Part shown: positions 52,211 to 63,498 of the stretch, piece after piece | Numbering within the stretch: position 1 is the first letter of the stretch | Layout of the letters: each line of letters starts with the position of its first letter | Origin: an uncultured Chloroflexia bacterium | GTDB taxonomy: Bacteria > Chloroflexota > Chloroflexia > Thermomicrobiales > UBA6265 | DNA length: 64,000 nt | Assembly: GCA_963724295.1 (NCBI GenBank) | Contig: CAVRUC010000002.1 | Coordinates: 96,001 to 160,000 of the forward strand | Direction: 5' to 3' | The notes under the pieces: model-generated | Database searches by the model: none | What the model was told of the DNA's origin: nothing | Seen by the model: the letters and a program-made list of their open reading frames with translations, nothing else | Program-made: the position numbers and the translations under genes

Positions 52211-53324
52211 CATCGCGGTAATCGGCGCCGGGATCATCGGCGCGGCAATCGCCCATCGCCTGGCGGAGCAGGGAAGGGCGGTGCTGCTGCTCGATCGGTC
52301 CGATGCGGAAACGGGAAGCAACGCGACGGCGGAATCGTTCGCGATGGTGACCGCGCGCGAGCAGACAGCGCGCGCCTTGTTCGATCTGAGTAGGGCGGCG
52401 ATGGAGGATTACCGGCGCTTGGCCTGGAAGCTGGCGCCGGCGCCCTGGTATCACGTCGAGGGGAGTCTGGCCTGGTTCGCAGATCGCGTCAAAGCGGCCG
52501 CATTGCGAGAGCAGGTGCAACGGCTCCAGGACTGGGGCTACGCGGCGGAGATGCTGGCCGCGGGCGAAGTACTGGAGGATCTCGAACCCGGTTTGACCTT
52601 CGCCGATCCGGCAACGCCGGTCGCCTGGTTCCGCGACGAAGCCTGGGTCGATCCCCGCGCGTTGACCCAGCGGCTCGTGGAGGGGGTGCGCAACGCGGGA
52701 GGCCGCGTGCTGATCGGACCAGAGCGGCAGGTCGTCGCCATCGGCACCGAGGCGGGCCGGGTCGCCTCGCTGAGACTCGCGGGCGGCCAATCGATTCCCG
52801 TTGCCGCCGTTGTCAACGCCGCCGGGGTGGACGCCGGTCACGTGGCGGCGCTGGTGGGACGGCACCTGCCGGTGCTGGCGCCGCGCAGCCTGATCGTGCG
52901 CGCGGAGTTGCCGGACGGCGCCGATCCCCTCCGCCGCCCCATCCGAACCGACGGGATCGCCGTGCGACCCGATGGACCCGGCCGCGTCCTGCTCGTTCCT
53001 CCCGGTGAGCCCGGCGACAGACCGCCGGGACCGGTCCCGCTCGACGATCCCCGCGTCGGCGAGACCATGGTCGTGGCCGCCGCGGCCGTTCCCGCGCTGT
53101 CGGCGGCGCAACCGATCGAGGCGCGTGTGGCCCCTTGGCCATTGCTGGAACACGGATCGCCCAGCGTGGGGGCCGTCGCGGCGATCCCCGGCTACGTCGA
53201 AGCGGTCACCGACTACGGTGTCACGCTGGCGTCGTTGATCGCGCGTTTGCTCGCCGATGAGCTCCTCGGCAAGCCCGGGGATCCACTCCTCGCGCCGTTC
53301 CGCCCGGATCGCTTTCCGGGGTGA
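52188..53324 (+). CDS. FAD-dependent oxidoreductase (DAO family)
   Basis: IAVIGAGIIG, VVNAAG, G.TLA, PFRPDRF. Confidence 0.88.
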   Translation: MTHHPSPHIAVIGAGIIGAAIAHRLAEQGRAVLLLDRSDAETGSNATAESFAMVTAREQTARALFDLSRAAMEDYRRLAWKLAPAPWYHVEGSLAWFADRVKAAALREQVQRLQDWGYAAEMLAAGEVLEDLEPGLTFADPATPVAWFRDEAWVDPRALTQRLVEGVRNAGGRVLIGPERQVVAIGTEAGRVASLRLAGGQSIPVAAVVNAAGVDAGHVAALVGRHLPVLAPRSLIVRAELPDGADPLRRPIRTDGIAVRPDGPGRVLLVPPGEPGDRPPGPVPLDDPRVGETMVVAAAAVPALSAAQPIEARVAPWPLLEHGSPSVGAVAAIPGYVEAVTDYGVTLASLIARLLADELLGKPGDPLLAPFRPDRFPG

Positions 53325-53460
53325 TGGGTGATACGAGGGTGGCGGGGTCGCAGGGTGGCAGGGTGTTGGGGAGTCGTTCTCCCAGCCACCCTGCCACCAC
53401 GAGCGGAGCGAGTAACCACCCTGCCACCGTGAGCGCAGCGAACCCTCACCACCCCTCGCC
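53320..53460. repeat. Modular repeat between convergent genes
   Basis: gggtggcagggtg / caccctgccacc; gagcggagcgagtaacc; gtgagcgcagcgaaccctcacc. Confidence 0.8.
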
Positions 53461-54286
53461 CTCGAGGAAGGGAATCACCGCCTCCAGGAAGGCGTCACTG
53501 GCGTCGCGGTGCAGGCTGTGTCCAGCCCCAGGAAGCTGCATCGCGCGCCCGCGCGGCATGATCTGGACGAACCGCTCCGCGTCGACCGGCGCCACCATGC
53601 TCCCCAGCTCCAGGTTGCCGTACAGGAGCAGGGTCGGAATCTGCACCCCGGCGAGGATGTGCATGCGGTCCGTCGTCCCGGTGGCCAGCGCCTCTTGCGC
53701 CTCGGCTCGCAGCTCGGCAAAGACACCGGGTGCCGTCGAGGTGATCGTCTCCGCACGGCGCAGGCAGTCTTCGTCACTCCAGTCCGGGAATTCCTGCCGG
53801 TACCAGGCCGCCGCCTGGGCAGGGGTTAGCGCGGCGAGCTGCTGCCAGCCATCGAATGCCTCTAAGATGTTCGGTGGGACTCGCAGCGACGGATCCTCGA
53901 CCACCAGCGCTGCCGCCTGCGCCGGGTGCTGGCTCGCCCAGTAGAGCGCGACCAGTGCTCCCAGCGAGTGGCCCAGGATGCGGGTCTCACCAGCTTGCAG
54001 ATCGAGCGCGCGGAGCGCGGCATTCGAGGTCGGCGGCATAGTGCTCCACCAGATAGCCCGCTGCCGGTTTGCCGGATGCGCCATGACCCCGCAGATCGAG
54101 CTGGTAGAGGTGGAACCGTGCCGCGAGTGGGTCGATGACTGGCCACCACGACTGACCGCGGCTGCCGACACCGTGCAGCAGCACGACCGGTGGGCGTCCC
54201 GGATTGGGGAACTCGGTCACCGCGATCTCGACGTCGCCCGCTGCGATGGTCCGCTCGCGGCCGGTCGATTGTGGAATGCCTGCCAT
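53446..54286 (-). CDS. Alpha/beta hydrolase (frameshift near 54020)
   Basis: LLHG, DLRGHGAS, GHSLG, AGH..H. Confidence 0.88.
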
Positions 54287-54294
54287 GCGTGCTC

Positions 54295-54500
54295 CGGGTG
54301 ATGAGTCGGTCAGTCGGTAAGTCGGTCAGTCGAGGAGTCGAGGAGTCGAGGAGTCGAGGAGTCGAGAAGGTACGTCTCCGTTCTCCCTTCACCCCCTGAG
54401 CGCAGCGACACCCCCTAGGCGGCGCAGCCGCCGACACCCCCTAACGGCACCCCCTAGCCGAAGGCGACGCTCCTTACACCCTACCACCCCCGGCACGCTG
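54295..54500. repeat. Modular repeat in divergent intergenic region
   Basis: agtcggtcagtcggtaagtcggtc, (agtcgagg)x3-4, gagcgcagcg, ggcggcgcagccgcc, agccgaaggcg. Confidence 0.8.
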
Positions 54501-54619
54501 TAGACTTTCGGGTTGGTGTCTGCCTGCCGGGAATGAGCCGGCATGGGCGTTGCGAGAGGCGACGCGCCGGTGACTGCCGGCGTGGGGGTGGCGCCTCGGT
54601 CGTGGATGCGGAGGTCCAG

Positions 54620-55552
54620 TTGAACCGAAACAGGGTTCGGCGCACCGGCGCGATGATGGCCATGACTTCGTTCGCGCTCGTCATGCTCGCCGCGTGTGGC
54701 GCTGGCGGCGCTGAAGAAGTGCACGAGGATGTCACGCGCGTCCCGACCATGAGCGATGCCGCTGCCCAGGCGACACGCGAGGCCGCCAGCGCGCCCGCGG
54801 CCACTCCCGGCGCCGAGGGCGGGACTCCGGTAGCCGGAGCCACTCCCGCCGCTACGGGTGATGTGCCCACCACGGCGGCCACGGCAGTCGAGGTGGTGTC
54901 ATTTGACATCTACTTCGAGCCGAGCGAGGTCACCATCCCGGCCAATACCGACGTCACGGTGAACCTGCCCAATCAGGGCGTCACGCCGCATAACTTCTCG
55001 ATCGACGCTCTCGGGATCGACGTCGACATCGCTCCAGGCGCAACCGAGCAGGTCGTCATCAACGCGCCGGCCGGAGAGTATGAGTACTACTGCAACGTGC
55101 CCGGGCATAAGCAGGCCGGCATGGTCGGCACGCTGATCGTCTCGGAGGATGCGGCCGCCGCGCCGGCCGGTGCGGCAACGCCCGCCGGTTCCCCGGCGGC
55201 GGCAGCGGCTGGGCAGGATGCGGCAGCAGGTGATGCCACCCCCGCCGCGGCTGGGGAGGAGCAGGCTGCCGGAGCAGGCGCGAGTGAGGCGGTGGAGGTG
55301 GTGTCACTAGACATCTTCTTCGAACCGGCCGAGCTGACCATCGCGGCCGATACCGACGTCACCGTGCAACTGCCCAACGAGGGGGTGACGCCGCACAACT
55401 TCAGCATCGACGAGCTGGGGATCGACGTCGACATCGCCCCGGGAGCCACCGAGGAGACGGTCATCAACGCCCCGGCTGGCACCTACGAGTACTACTGCAA
55501 CGTGCCGGGGCATAAGCAAGCGGGGATGGTTGGCACCCTGACTGTCGGGTAA
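54620..55552 (+). CDS. Lipoprotein with two cupredoxin domains
   Basis: LAAC lipobox; two copies of PHNF...YYCNVPGHKQAGM. Confidence 0.88.
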   Translation: MNRNRVRRTGAMMAMTSFALVMLAACGAGGAEEVHEDVTRVPTMSDAAAQATREAASAPAATPGAEGGTPVAGATPAATGDVPTTAATAVEVVSFDIYFEPSEVTIPANTDVTVNLPNQGVTPHNFSIDALGIDVDIAPGATEQVVINAPAGEYEYYCNVPGHKQAGMVGTLIVSEDAAAAPAGAATPAGSPAAAAAGQDAAAGDATPAAAGEEQAAGAGASEAVEVVSLDIFFEPAELTIAADTDVTVQLPNEGVTPHNFSIDELGIDVDIAPGATEETVINAPAGTYEYYCNVPGHKQAGMVGTLTVG

Positions 55553-55761
55553 CGGGTCCTTGTCGCGACGAAGGTGTCGGGGTGTCAGGGTGTTAGGAAG
55601 ATCGAACCGGACTCCTCGCCACCCTGCCACCCTGTCACCCCAATTGCCGTAAGCCGAACCCCAAACGCCCCGTGGCACGGTTCTCGCTGGCCGTCCGCCA
55701 CAGGGCGTCTCCATTTGGCAGAATGGTCGCCGGAGAGTCCGCGCTGGTTAGGAGGCACGCC

Positions 55762-57274
55762 ATGACCACGACCTATCCCATGCTCCCCTTCACGTCGCTT
55801 GACGAATTGCTCGCGGCCCTGCGACGGCATCGTTCGCATCGACGCGGGCGGAGGTCCGGCTCAGGCCGGAGTCGAGATCCTCGATGCCGCCGGATTTCGC
55901 GACCGGCTGATCGATCGCCTGATCGCCACCGCCGTCTTCGCCGAGGGACCGGAGCGCGACGCCGCCCGCTGGGTCATCCGCGTGGCCGCACCCGCGCTGG
56001 GCGCCTGGCCCGCCTCGATCCACCCCCTCTACATGGCCGCCGGCCGTGGCGAATACGCCAACCGCACCGCTCCGGCAATCAACGTGCGCGGACTCGCCTA
56101 CGACACCATGCGCGCCGTCTACCGCGCCGCGCGCGCCAACGACTGCAAGATCATGCTCTTCGAGCTGGCCCGCTCCGAGATGTCCTACACCCAGCAGCGA
56201 CCGGGCGAGTACGCCAGCAATGCGCTGGCCGCGGCGATCAAGGAGGGGTATCAGGGGCCGGTCTTCATCCAGGGCGACCACTACCAGATCAGCGCCAAGA
56301 ACTGGGCTGGCGACTCTGACCGCGAGCTGAATGCCCTGCGCGAGCTGACCGGCGAGGCGATCGCGGCCGGCTATCTCAATATCGACATCGATGCCTCGAC
56401 CATCGTCGATGTCTCGCTGCCGACACTTGCCGAGCAGCAGCAGCTCAACGCCCACCTGACCGCGGTCTTCACCGAGTTCATCCGGGAGCAGGAGCCGGCC
56501 GGGGTCACCGTCTCTATCGGCGGCGAGATCGGCGAGGTCGGACAGCGCAACTCGACCGTGCAGGAGCTGCACGCGTTCATGACCGCTTACATGACGGAGC
56601 TGCAAGACCGGGAGCGGATGCTGCGGCGCGACCTGGCGGGAATCTCCAAGATCAGCGTCCAGACCGGCACCTCCCACGGCGGCGTCGTTCTGCCGGACGG
56701 CACGATCGCCGACGTCGCGGTCGACTTCGACACCCTGGGGCAGCTTTCGGAGGTGGCCCGCATCGACTACGGGCTGGGCGGCGCGGTACAGCACGGCGCC
56801 TCGACCCTGCCCGAGGTCGCGTTCGGGCGCTTCGCGGACGCCAACGCCATCGAGGTGCACCTGGCGACCGCCTTCCAGAACCAGATCTTCGAGCACCCCG
56901 CGTTTCCGGCCGATCTGAAAGACGAGATCTACGCCTATCTCTCCGCCAACCACGCCGACGAGCGCAAGGAGGGGCAGACCGACGCCCAGTTCTTCTACGG
57001 CGCGCGCAAGCGAGCCTTCGGTCCCTTCAAGCGGCAGTTGTGGGATCTCCCGGTCGAGACCCGGGACCGCATCGCCGGCGACCTGGAAGCGAGCTTCAGC
57101 CTCCTCATGCAGCGCCTGGGCGTGGCCGGCAGCGCCGAGCTGGTCGATCGCATCGTCCCTCGCGTCGACGTCCCGGCCCCGATGCCGGACGCCCTGGCCG
57201 CCACCCTGGCCGGCGAGGTCGTCATGGCCGGAGCCCGTGCCGAGGCGACGCTGGAGGAGGTCGAGGGAGAGTAG
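55762..57274 (+). CDS. Class II fructose-bisphosphate aldolase family (frameshift near 55820)
   Basis: PAIN, GDH, DIDAS, GEIG, GTSHGG, VQHGAS. Confidence 0.85.
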
Positions 57275-57478
57275 GATGCGAGGCATCAGACCCGACGCGC
57301 GAAAATGGATCCTGCAGCACACGTCCGCGAGTCATTGTGAATTTCTAGCCGGCACCCATTGGCCAGCGTTGCATCCGCAGACCTGAGGAGCCAACGAGGC
57401 ATGTCCGAGCAAGACGCACGTCGCGTCAACTTGACGAGACTTGCGAGGCAGCGGAGAGGGTTTGGAGGAATTGCCGTC

Positions 57479-58029
57479 ATGACACGCTTCTGCAGTCGTC
57501 AGGTTCGGTTGCCAGCGCTAGCACTCGTACTGTCGGTGTTCCTATTGGTTCCGCCGATGGTCGCCGCACAGGCCGTGGAACAGTCCGTGCGGGGAGGAGG
57601 CGCCTGCGGACAATTACCAGTCGCAGGGTGTCGGCCTCACCGTGCCCGAGCTGACGGCGTTGTACGGGCCAAACGACGTTGGACAGGGGTCGATCTTCTT
57701 CGAAATGGATGGGGTCCAATTGCACAAGATCAATTGCGACCTGATTCTGGGATTCCCCCAGGATTGGAGCGCCGAGCAGGTGGATGAGATCGCGCTGGCG
57801 GAATCGCTGCTGCCGGCCGATGCGGAGCTCGTCGGGAACATCGCGCTCGGCACGACCATTCTGAATAATCGAGGCCAACACCCTGTGGCGAAGTCCATCC
57901 TTGGCCGACCGGTTCGCGAGCATGGACGAGAACCGCGGTGGGGAGATCCTCATCGTCTACACCTATGAGCAGATGGGGACGGCAATGCCATACGCGTGGA
58001 GTTGCGCACGCTCAAGCTGCCGGAGTAAC
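57479..58029 (+). CDS. Exported hypothetical protein (frameshifted)
   Basis: Signal peptide; GLT..EL..LYGP...NCDLIL shared with the next gene. Confidence 0.55.
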
Positions 58030-58086
58030 TCGGACTTCCGGGGTCCGCACCAGCTAAAAGCGAAGATCGACGGGAAGGAGAAAGCC

Positions 58087-58648
58087 ATGGCAGTTCGCCG
58101 CATGTCTGCCGGGCTCCATCGTTGTCCTTCTCCTCATCATGGGCGCTCAAATCGATGCCGGCACGCCGGTCCTCGCCGCCCAGGGAGGACTTCCCTGCGA
58201 CGTTCAGGCTGTGCCTGAGGACGATCTCGCGTCGGCGGCGCTGGGGCTGACCCGGTCCGAGCTTGACCGGCTCTACGGTCCCGGAAACGCGGTGCAGACT
58301 GGCTGGTTGTACGAGTTTGACGAGTTTGACCTGACGCTGGCCAACTGCGATCTCATTCTGTCCATCGATCCGGACGGTCAGTTCGCCGATCCCGATGCCG
58401 CCAGCGGTCTGGTGCGCACACTCCTGCCGGAGGATGCTGTGTTGGCCGGAACCTGGCACTTCGGCACGCTGCAGAGCGCGCCACAGGAGGCCGACGAGTG
58501 GGTCAGCGCCGAGCTGGCGGCGCGATACCGATTGCTGGGCGAACCGCTGACGGGATCGGTGCTGGTCCTCTACACCTACGCCGGCGATGCCTACAACCCT
58601 GGTTCCATCGTTCACATCGAGCTGCGTCCAGCGGCGATCCCGGAGTAG
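58087..58648 (+). CDS. Exported hypothetical protein, paralog of the preceding gene (5' frameshift)
   Basis: AAGGAG RBS; GLTRSELDRLYGP...NCDLIL...LLP.DA. Confidence 0.6.
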
Positions 58649-58692
58649 CGTCGGCGACAGGTGATATCGAGAGATCAACCGGCGAGGATCTG

Positions 58693-59521
58693 ATGCCCCT
58701 GGCAACGAATGGGCCCGCGGAACTGGTTGCGGACGCGTTCGGCAGAATTACGGAGGTGGACGCGGTAGCGTTGGCTGGTTCCGGGGTCACCGGAGCCGCC
58801 GATGAGCAGTCCGACCTCGATCTCTATGTCTACGCGGAAGCGCCCATCGACATAACAGATCGGACCGCCATTGCGACCGAGTTTCGCCACCCGCGCTGAA
58901 GTTGGCAACGACTTCTGGGAGCCGGGCGACGAGTGGATCGACGCCCAAACAGGGCGTCACGTCGACATCATGTACCGGACGCCGGTCTGGATCGAAGAGC
59001 AGCTGGAGCGGGTGCTCGTTCGTCATGAGGCGTCGGTCGGCTATTCGACCTGCTTCTGGCACAACGTCCTGCACTCCACACCGCTGTTTGACCGTTCTGG
59101 TTGGTATCACGATCTCCAGGCGGCGGCAACAAGGCCATATCCGCGCCCATTGCAGCGCGCCATCATCGCCAGGAACTACCCGATCCTGCGGCAGACGCTC
59201 TCCTCGTACCTGGTGCAGATCGAGCGCGCTATGCGGCGGGGTGACAGCGTGAGCATCCAGCACCGGGTCACGGCGCTGCTGGCGAGCTATTTCGATATCC
59301 TCTTCGCCGTCAACGAGCTGCCGCACCCGGGAGAGAAGCGCCTGCTTCAGATCGCGGCGACGCGCTGCCCCAAGACGCCATCACATATGGAGACCCACAT
59401 CAACAGTCTCCTGGAGATGGCGGCGCGCCCGGCGACTCCGGCTGTTGTCGAGCACATCAATGTGCTCCTCGACGGCTTCGATGTGTTTCTGAAGGACAAC
59501 GAACTCCTGCCAACCGGCTGA
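58693..59521 (+). CDS. Nucleotidyltransferase/DUF4037-like protein (frameshift near 58885)
   Basis: ALAGS...D..SDLDLYVY; LFAVN...HPGEKR. Confidence 0.8.
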
Positions 59522-59578
59522 TCCGGCTGGAAGAGCGTTCAGGAGTCGTACCATCCTGAGTGCTGTGACCCAAAGAGG

Positions 59579-59680
59579 GTGTCATTCCAAGCCCGCAGAC
59601 CGTGTGTCACTCTGAGCCCGCAGGCGAGGAATCTCGAGTCTCAGGAACCACCACGACCGGCGATATTCCTCGAACTGGTT
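59579..59680. repeat. Degenerate GTCAT..CC repeat copies
   Basis: gtgtcattcc; gtgtcactctgagcccgcaggcgaggaatctcg. Confidence 0.6.
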
Positions 59681-59786
59681 TCATCAATGGTTGGGTGCTC
59701 TTCACCGGGGCGAGCGGCCTGAGCGCTGCTGTGAGACCATGACGGTCCGGCACCCGCATTGACCGCGCAGGTGAAAGGAGCGCAGC

Positions 59787-60155
59787 ATGGCACGCGTCAC
59801 GGTCCCGTTCGCTGACCTTCCGCTGCTCGTCTCGCCGAGCCGCGGACCGATCGCAGGACGCCACCTCTTCGAGGGCCGCGCCTTCGGGTTGGCTCAACTC
59901 ACCGTGGTCGTCGGGGAATCGCACCCCGGGCAGGGCGTGCCCCTCCACCACCACGACTGCGAGGAGCTCATCATCGTCCACACCGGGCGGGGCACCTACA
60001 CCGTCGGCGACGCGACCGTCGAGGTCGGAGCCGGCGAGGTGGTCGTGATCCCGTCCGGTGTGCCGCACCGCTGGGTCAACCACACCCAGGAGCCCCTGGT
60101 CCACACCGCCGTCTTCCCGACCGACCGCTTCGCCCTGGAGGAACTCGAAGGCTAG
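59787..60155 (+). CDS. Cupin-domain protein
   Basis: PG...PLHHH..EE; G.V..IP.GVPH...N. Confidence 0.9.
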   Translation: MARVTVPFADLPLLVSPSRGPIAGRHLFEGRAFGLAQLTVVVGESHPGQGVPLHHHDCEELIIVHTGRGTYTVGDATVEVGAGEVVVIPSGVPHRWVNHTQEPLVHTAVFPTDRFALEELEG

Positions 60156-60355
60156 CGACGCGACCGCCGCCTGTGGCGTCAGTCCCCGATGCCATCCGCA
60201 AGCGCTACGATTTATGAAACCGTTTCCTCGTGCAACTCCCTCGGAATGACCCCTGTCCAGTGTAAATGACTGAACCCGCAGGTGAACGTGCACTTGCAGA
60301 ATCTCGTCTCATCAAGTGTGGACGTCCGCGGCCAACTGGAGGCTAGGCACACGCA

Positions 60356-62011
60356 ATGAGCCCATCCGAAAGCGACGGGGTCGCAAGCTCCCGGGATCCG
60401 GACGCCAACGGCTCCTCGAACGGCGTCACTGGCCCTTACCCGGAGCTCGATGGCGCGACGATTGTCGACCTGGGCTCGAGGCTCCGTGGTGGTGACCTAT
60501 CGGTTCGGGAGCTCGTCGAGCAGCACCTCGCGCGGATCGAGGCGCTCGACCGACAGGGTCCGCGTCTCCTCAGCGTGATCGAGGTCAATCCCGAAGCGAT
60601 GGATATCGCGGACGACCTCGACCACGAGCTGCGCACACGTGGGCCGCGCGGGCCATTGCACGGCATCCCCGTGCTGCTGAAGGACAACATCGACACCGCT
60701 GACCAGATGCTCACGACCGCCGGCTCCCTGGCCCTCGTGCATTCGCGACCACGCCAGGACGCCTTCGTTGCCCAGCGGCTGCGAGAGGCGGGCGCTCTGC
60801 TGCTGGGCAAGACGAACATGAGCGAATGGGCCAACTTCCGCTCGTCGCGCTCCTCCAGCGGTTGGAGCGCTCGCGGTGGCCAATGCCGCAACCCGTACGA
60901 CCTCAACGTCTCGCCCTGTGGCTCCAGCTCCGGCTCGGCTGTCGCCATCGCCGCGAGCCCTGGCCACTGTGGCGGTCGGGACCGAAACCGACGGCTCGAT
61001 CGTCTGCCCCGCCTCCGTCAATTCGGTCGTCGGCATCAAGCCGACGCTCGGCCTGGTCAGCCGGGCCGGAGTGATTCCCATCGCCCACAGCCAGGACACC
61101 GTCGGCCCCTTCGGGCGGACCGTCGCCGACGCGGCCGCACTCCTTGGGGTGTTGACCGGGGCTGACCCCCGCGATGCGGCAACCACGAATGGCCCAAGCC
61201 CGGGAACGCCGGGAGAATCACGAAGTGGATTCAGCGACTACTCGCGGTTCCTCGATCCGGAGGGCCTGCGCGGCGCCCGCATCGGCGTGCCTCGCACGGT
61301 CTATTGGGGGAACAGCGAGAAGAGTGATGCCATCGCCGAGGCCGCCGTTGGACGCTGATGCGCCAGCTCGGCGCCGAGATCATCGATCCGGCCGATATCC
61401 CTACGGCCGAGGCAATGCTGGAAGAGCCGGGAGAGTGGGAAGTCCTCTGGTACGAGTTCAAGCACGACCTCAACGCCTATCTGGCCGAACGCAACGATCC
61501 AACGATCCGCAGCCTCAAGGACCTCATTCGGTTCAACGAGGAGCATGCCGGGAAAGAGCTTCGCTACTTCGGCCAGGAGCACTTCCTGCGAGCTCAGGAG
61601 AAAGGGCCGCTCACGGACCCGGCCTATCTGGATGCTCTGGCCAGGAATCATCGCCTCTCCCGCCGGGAGGGGATCGATGCCGTGATGGAGCAGTACCAGC
61701 TCGACGCGCTGGTGACGCCGACACAAGGACCGCCATGGGCAATCGACCTGGTCGATGGGGATCATGGTTTGGGACCGACGAGCTCCACGCCGGCTGCGCT
61801 GGCCGGCTATCCCATCGTCAGCGTTCCTGCCGGCTATACCTTCGAGCGACCGGTCGGCATCAGCTTCCTCGGGCGGCCGTACAGCGAGCCAATCCTGATC
61901 CGGCTGGCATACGCTTTCGAGCAGGCGGCGTGCGTCCGGCGGCCTCCGCGCTTCCTCTCCGCTCGCACCGAAGAGCTGGCAACGGGCCTGACCGTGACGG
62001 TTTCCAGCTGA
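60356..62011 (+). CDS. Amidase signature family enzyme (frameshifts near 60960 and 61355)
   Basis: LHGIPVLLKDNI, GKTNMSEWA, GSSSGS, GTETDGSI, GIKPT. Confidence 0.92.
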
Positions 62012-62044
62012 CCCGGAGACTCCCCAAAGCGCATTGCGCGCATC

Positions 62045-62076
62045 GTGTCGTCCCGAGCGCACGAGGGATCTCGTCG
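62045..62076. repeat. Single copy of the GIY-YIG-flanking repeat
   Basis: gtgtcgtcccgagcgcacgagggatctcgtcg. Confidence 0.7.
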
Positions 62077-62110
62077 TGGCGCTCAACGTGCGCTGGGTCC
62101 CCAACACGAA

Positions 62111-62143
62111 ACCGACCCGGGCGTTCGCCGCGCCCGGGTCGGT
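62111..62143 (-). terminator. Hairpin terminator between convergent genes
   Basis: 13-bp stem accgacccgggcg / cgcccgggtcggt. Confidence 0.65.
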
Positions 62144-62164
62144 AGTGCTATGCGGACCTGGCTC

Positions 62165-63037
62165 CTAGCTGGAGGCGGGTGTGGCGCTCCCGGCCTCCTC
62201 GCCCTCCTCGGCATGGTGCGGCTCATCACCGAACTGCATGCCTGGGGTCACGATGTACCAGACGTCGCCCACGTCCTGGCCAGTCGTATCGCCCGGTGCG
62301 GCATCCTTGGCAAAGTAGTAGAGCGGAATATCGTTGTAGGCCATCTGTTGCGACCCGTCGGTGCGCTCGATCGCGGTTAGGGCGCCGGGGATCCCCGGCG
62401 GCAACATCATGCCGTCCGCGGCCGGTACCGGCGGCCAGGCCGCGGCGCAATCGTCATAGCAGGTGCTCTCTCCGGGCGTCACATCTTCGGTGAAGAGGTA
62501 GACGGTCATCCCCTCGGCATCCGTCAGGAAGGGCCCCAGTTCCTCTGTGAATCCGACCTGCACGCTCGACGCCGGGACAGGAGTGCCCTGACCCGGAGCG
62601 GCCGCATATGGTCCGTGGGTTGCGCCAGGCGGGACGATGAACCACACGCCACCCACGCCCTGCCCGTTGATATCACCTGGCTGCTCATCCCCTGCGTAGT
62701 AATAGAGTGGGATGTCGTTGTACGCCACCTGCTGGGTGCCATCGGTGCGCTCGATGGTGGTCAGCTCGCCCGGCACACCGGCCGGCAGGCTCATCCCCTC
62801 CGCTGGCTCGAGGATCGGCCAGGCCTCGGCGCACTCGTCATAGCAGGTGCTTTCACCCGGCGTGGTATCAGGCGTGAAGAGGTAGAGCGTGTTCCCCTCG
62901 GCATCGGTCAGAAACGACCCCACCGCGGGATCTTGAGCGATCGCGAGAAAAGCTTCGTCTTGCGCGGTGGCGCCGTGGACCGCTAGTGGCAGCGCCAGCG
63001 CGAGGGTGACGACGAACAACCGGAGCCAACGCATCAT
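62165..63037 (-). CDS. Secreted repeat protein (COG4315/Lipoprotein_15-like), duplicated domain
   Basis: Signal peptide; two copies of LTDAEG.T.YLFT.D...CY..CA..WP...RTDG.QQ.AYN..PLYY...D..PGD..GQ.VG.VW. Confidence 0.88.
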   Translation of the reverse strand: MMRWLRLFVVTLALALPLAVHGATAQDEAFLAIAQDPAVGSFLTDAEGNTLYLFTPDTTPGESTCYDECAEAWPILEPAEGMSLPAGVPGELTTIERTDGTQQVAYNDIPLYYYAGDEQPGDINGQGVGGVWFIVPPGATHGPYAAAPGQGTPVPASSVQVGFTEELGPFLTDAEGMTVYLFTEDVTPGESTCYDDCAAAWPPVPAADGMMLPPGIPGALTAIERTDGSQQMAYNDIPLYYFAKDAAPGDTTGQDVGDVWYIVTPGMQFGDEPHHAEEGEEAGSATPASS

Positions 63038-63099
63038 GATGCTGTCCCTCCTCAGGCTTCGCGGAACATGAGACCGCAACGGTGGTCTATTTCGAGCCA

Positions 63100-63362
63100 C
63101 ACGATCGAAAGTAGCAATCGTCGCGCGCCCGCGCAACCGCCAAAGGTCGCATCACGCATCCGACTTTGGTCGCACTGATCGAGCGAATTGTCGCGGGTGC
63201 AGCGCCGTGCATGTCGTTCGAGATACGGGTCGGTGACCTGCGACCCTCCGGAAGAATCCGACCCACAAAGCCGAACGCCGACAAGGTAGGCGCTTGCGCG
63301 CTTTCCCCGTCGGCGTTGGCTGCACCGCGCGTCCGGAGTTGCCTCCGTCCGCGTCTGGTGTA
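63100..63362 (-). ncRNA. Candidate structured RNA leader or sRNA; family not recognised
   Basis: Two GCAA-capped stems, tandem GA internal loop, G-U pairs on the minus strand, nested helices; downstream of TTGACA-N17-TACGTT (63397-63369). Confidence 0.5.
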
Positions 63363-63498
63363 TGAGTGAACGTACACCCTGCATGTCAGATTGTCAATAC
63401 TCTGTACTCGCTCGCAGAAAAGTCGGACCCGAATCGACGGCGTAGTCGGTCGCGACGGCGTCACCAACTGCTCGGCTTTTTCGCCTCCGAGTAGAGAC

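Noticed and set aside
55790..57322. Long antisense ORFs (also 45407..46882, 48558..49943, 24340..25902, 19546..20787)
   Set aside because: Shadow frames of well-supported genes in high-GC DNA.
63220..63270. SRP RNA, RNase P RNA, tmRNA or cobalamin riboswitch as identity of the structured region
   Set aside because: tccggaag is present, but the SRP GGAAGCAGC context and the hallmark motifs of the others are not.
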